Assembly: GCA_951406725.2 (NCBI GenBank)
Contig: OX597818.1
Span: 29,140,001 to 29,204,000, forward strand
DNA length: 64,000 bases
Direction: 5' to 3'
From: Octopus vulgaris
Lineage: Eukaryota
Shown in pieces: positions 61,506 through 64,000 of the stretch; within the stretch, counting starts at the first letter, position 1; every line of letters begins with the position of its first letter. A model generated the notes under the pieces. It was not told the DNA's origin, made no database searches, and saw nothing but the letters and a program-made list of their open reading frames with translations. The translations under genes were made by a program, and so were the position numbers.

Positions 61506-64000
61506 ATGGCTAAGCTGGGCTGTATAAATGTACGTGGAATGGGGTCGAAACGGAAACAAATTTGTTTCCTGAACGACCTCACGACACACAGTGTAGATAT
61601 TGCTATTGCAACCGAGTCCAAGATGAGCGAGACCCAAGCGTTCTCGCCTCTTCTAAATGGTTTCGAGAAATTTATTTCTCCTAGCCGAGGAAGAGGCAGA
61701 GGCGTGGCAGTCTTCATCAGGAAGAGCTTGGACTTGCAGGTAAGTACTGTCTTTCTGGACCCAGAAGGCAGGCTGGTTGTCCTGGATGTGACTCACGTAA
61801 GTAAACAGTCCTTCAGGTTGGTAGCTGTCTACGCCCCGAACGAGGGTAGACAGACGGGTTTTTTCCGGAACCTGGAGCCCTTTTTAGCGACGTCGAAAAC
61901 AGTAATCCTAGTAGGGGACTTTAACACTGTCCTTGAAGCGCACATCGACAGTGTTGGCTCAACCAATAGGAAGGGGAACCCTAGCCTCAAGGGTCTACTA
62001 GAGAGCTTTGATCTAGTGGACCGTTACCGACTGGATGAGCCGAGCGTTCCACAGTGGACGTGGAGTAACAACGACGGCTCACACAGATCGTATCTAGATA
62101 GGATATTTATTAAGAAAAGAGATAAGGATACGTTTAGTTGTCCACAATTTCATATTGTACCTTACTCGGATCACAAATTTGTGACGTGTGAGGTGCAATT
62201 AGACAAGTGTCATAGACAGGGACCCGGGTACTGGAAGCTGAACAAGGCTATTTTGAATTGTGAAGACTTCCGTACCCGGATTAAGGTGTTAGTTCAGAGG
62301 GCATTGTGTGGCACCATCATTAACAATAGATGGTGGCACGCCCTCAAAAGAGCCATTCGTTTAGAGTCCGTCAGATTTAGCAATCAGCTAAGGATAGATA
62401 GGGCTAGTCTAGAGGGCGATTTAGTCAAGAATCTAGACGAGGCAATGGAAGCTGGCTCTGCATCCGGAGTGTTGGCGGCAAGGACGGTATTGTACCGTCA
62501 CCTTAACTCCAAGTACGAAGGTTGCAGAGTCAGAGCTAAGCTGCGTGCTGGGAAACGAGAAGGTATTAACGTGGCCGGATGGGCCCGTCGTGTGGAGAGT
62601 AAGAGAGGCAATAGAGCCTCAATTAAATCTTTGACTGACGAACAGGGACAAAAGATCTATGGACAGGAGGAGATGCAAAAGTTTCTTCACCAGCATTTCG
62701 CTCGCGTGTTCGGGGGTGGTGGTTCGCTGGATCGGGGGAGGGCCTTAAAGGACTTCCTGGCCGGCGGACCGCGGCTCGCGGGGCGTGAAGTGGAGTGCTG
62801 TGAGGGAGCGATCACTCCCGCGGAGATAAAGGAGATACTGGCCGGATGCGCCGGGGAGAAGTCGCCGGGGTTGGATGGTCTGCCCTATGAGTTTTACCAA
62901 AGTATGCCGGACTTGTTCGGGGGAATACTGGCAGGCGTCTACACGAACTGGCAGCAGAATGGGAGAATCCCCAGTTCTGTAAGCCGGGGAGTGGTGACGC
63001 TAATCCAGAAAGACCCGAGCAAGGGGGATAATATTAGTAACTACAGGCCCATAACTCTACTTAATGTAGAGTTAAAGATTCTGGCCAAGGTGTTAGCAAA
63101 AAGGTTGACGGTTGTCGTGGAGAAACTTGTAGGGAGAGCACAGACATGTGCAATTCCAGGCAGGTCGATCCAGGACAATCTTCACCTTATACGCTACACC
63201 TTAGATAGGGTGGGTAAATTAGCCGGCAAAGGTGGGGTAATGGTCCATTTAGACCAAAGTAAAGCCTTCGATAGGGTAGACCATGGGTACCTGGCGACGG
63301 TCCTCGAAGCGACTGGGCTGGGCCCTGAATTTCGCGGGTGGATCTCCGCTATGTATAGCGGCATCAAGTCCACCGTCCAGATAAACGGTTACCTAACGGA
63401 ACCGTTTTCGATCAAGTGTTCAGTGCGTCAGGGGTGCCCCTTGTCACCACTTTTGTACGTATTGGCTCTTGAGCCACTGCTGCGAAAGTTGGAGAGGCTG
63501 GGGAGTAACTCGGATGAAATCGGAGGTGGGAGGACGGTTACTGCTTACGCGGATGACGTCACCCTCATCGTGTCCAAAGAGGCCCAACTACCTTGTGTGG
63601 AGGAGGTTATCAGAGGATACGAGGCGGTGGCAGGAGCAAAGGTTAACAAGGACAAATCGGTTGGCTTGCGCCTCGGCACCTGGAGGAGCAAGCCGATATC
63701 GTCCAGTGTCGTGGGACACTGGACGGATGGCCCTGTTAAGTTGCTGGGAGTTTGGTTTGGACCAGACTCCCAAACGGAGAAGAACTGGAGCGAGGTGACG
63801 AGCAGGGTGGAGGCCATAGTACGGACCTGGTCCGGAAGGTCTCTGTCCCTGAAAGGAAGGGCGGAGGTGGTGCAGATGTTTATTGCATCTGTAATCACCT
63901 ACCGCCTGACCGTTGTCCCTTGCCCCGATTCATGGCTTAACAAGTTGGAACGAATCCTTTTCCGCTTTTTGTGGAAAGGAGGAAAGCCACTTGTGAGACG
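61506..64000 (+). CDS. ORF2 EN-RT, partial (open to window end)
   Basis: ATGGCTAAGCTG at 61506; CGA at the unit-1 stop position; YADD at ~63546. Confidence 0.9.
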   Translation, partial: MAKLGCINVRGMGSKRKQICFLNDLTTHSVDIAIATESKMSETQAFSPLLNGFEKFISPSRGRGRGVAVFIRKSLDLQVSTVFLDPEGRLVVLDVTHVSKQSFRLVAVYAPNEGRQTGFFRNLEPFLATSKTVILVGDFNTVLEAHIDSVGSTNRKGNPSLKGLLESFDLVDRYRLDEPSVPQWTWSNNDGSHRSYLDRIFIKKRDKDTFSCPQFHIVPYSDHKFVTCEVQLDKCHRQGPGYWKLNKAILNCEDFRTRIKVLVQRALCGTIINNRWWHALKRAIRLESVRFSNQLRIDRASLEGDLVKNLDEAMEAGSASGVLAARTVLYRHLNSKYEGCRVRAKLRAGKREGINVAGWARRVESKRGNRASIKSLTDEQGQKIYGQEEMQKFLHQHFARVFGGGGSLDRGRALKDFLAGGPRLAGREVECCEGAITPAEIKEILAGCAGEKSPGLDGLPYEFYQSMPDLFGGILAGVYTNWQQNGRIPSSVSRGVVTLIQKDPSKGDNISNYRPITLLNVELKILAKVLAKRLTVVVEKLVGRAQTCAIPGRSIQDNLHLIRYTLDRVGKLAGKGGVMVHLDQSKAFDRVDHGYLATVLEATGLGPEFRGWISAMYSGIKSTVQINGYLTEPFSIKCSVRQGCPLSPLLYVLALEPLLRKLERLGSNSDEIGGGRTVTAYADDVTLIVSKEAQLPCVEEVIRGYEAVAGAKVNKDKSVGLRLGTWRSKPISSSVVGHWTDGPVKLLGVWFGPDSQTEKNWSEVTSRVEAIVRTWSGRSLSLKGRAEVVQMFIASVITYRLTVVPCPDSWLNKLERILFRFLWKGGKPLVR

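Larger units (their letters stand above)
38751..64000 (+). repeat. Head-to-tail tandem array of full-length Tx1-like retrotransposons (at least 5 units)
   Basis: Unit starts CTACTGAGTACC at 38751, 44025, 49301, 54577, 59854; periods 5274, 5276, 5276, 5277. Confidence 0.97.
59854..64000 (+). mobile_element. Unit 5 (runs off window)
   Basis: Same head, ORF1 and ORF2 sequence. Confidence 0.93.

Noticed and set aside
38922-63940. Short antisense and alternate-frame ORFs repeated in each unit
   Set aside because: Shadows of ORF1/ORF2, repeated only because the units are near-identical; no motifs.
38751-64000. HeT-A/TART-style telomere-elongating array
   Set aside because: If the chromosome end lies to the right, the polarity is opposite to that expected (3' ends should face inward). 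There are no A-tails, truncated units or telomeric repeats at the junctions. The window's chromosomal position is unknown.
38751-64000. Pure assembly artefact
   Set aside because: Units carry distinct substitutions, including a coherent divergent block in unit 4. Not fully excluded without reads.

Overview
AT-rich eukaryotic genomic DNA. The repeat families resemble those of octopus/cephalopod genomes (inference). Bases 1-38.7 kb are a transposon graveyard: nested, decayed RTE-type LINEs on both strands, SINEs, Penelope-like remnants with hammerhead-ribozyme motifs, mariner/Tc1 and Helitron-like elements, and microsatellites. One host exon, a phase-1/phase-1 immunoglobulin-domain exon, lies at 17504-17809. 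From 38751 to the window end is a head-to-tail array of at least five near-identical, full-length ~5.28 kb non-LTR retrotransposons of the L1 group (Tx1-like). Each has a CCHC-knuckle ORF1 and an APE endonuclease-RT-zinc finger ORF2. All four internal junctions are identical (AATAAAGAAATAT|CTACTGAGTACC), with no poly(A) and no 5' truncation. Unit 4 has both ORFs intact and is a mosaic of two variants. The array and its junction structure are the main candidate novel system.
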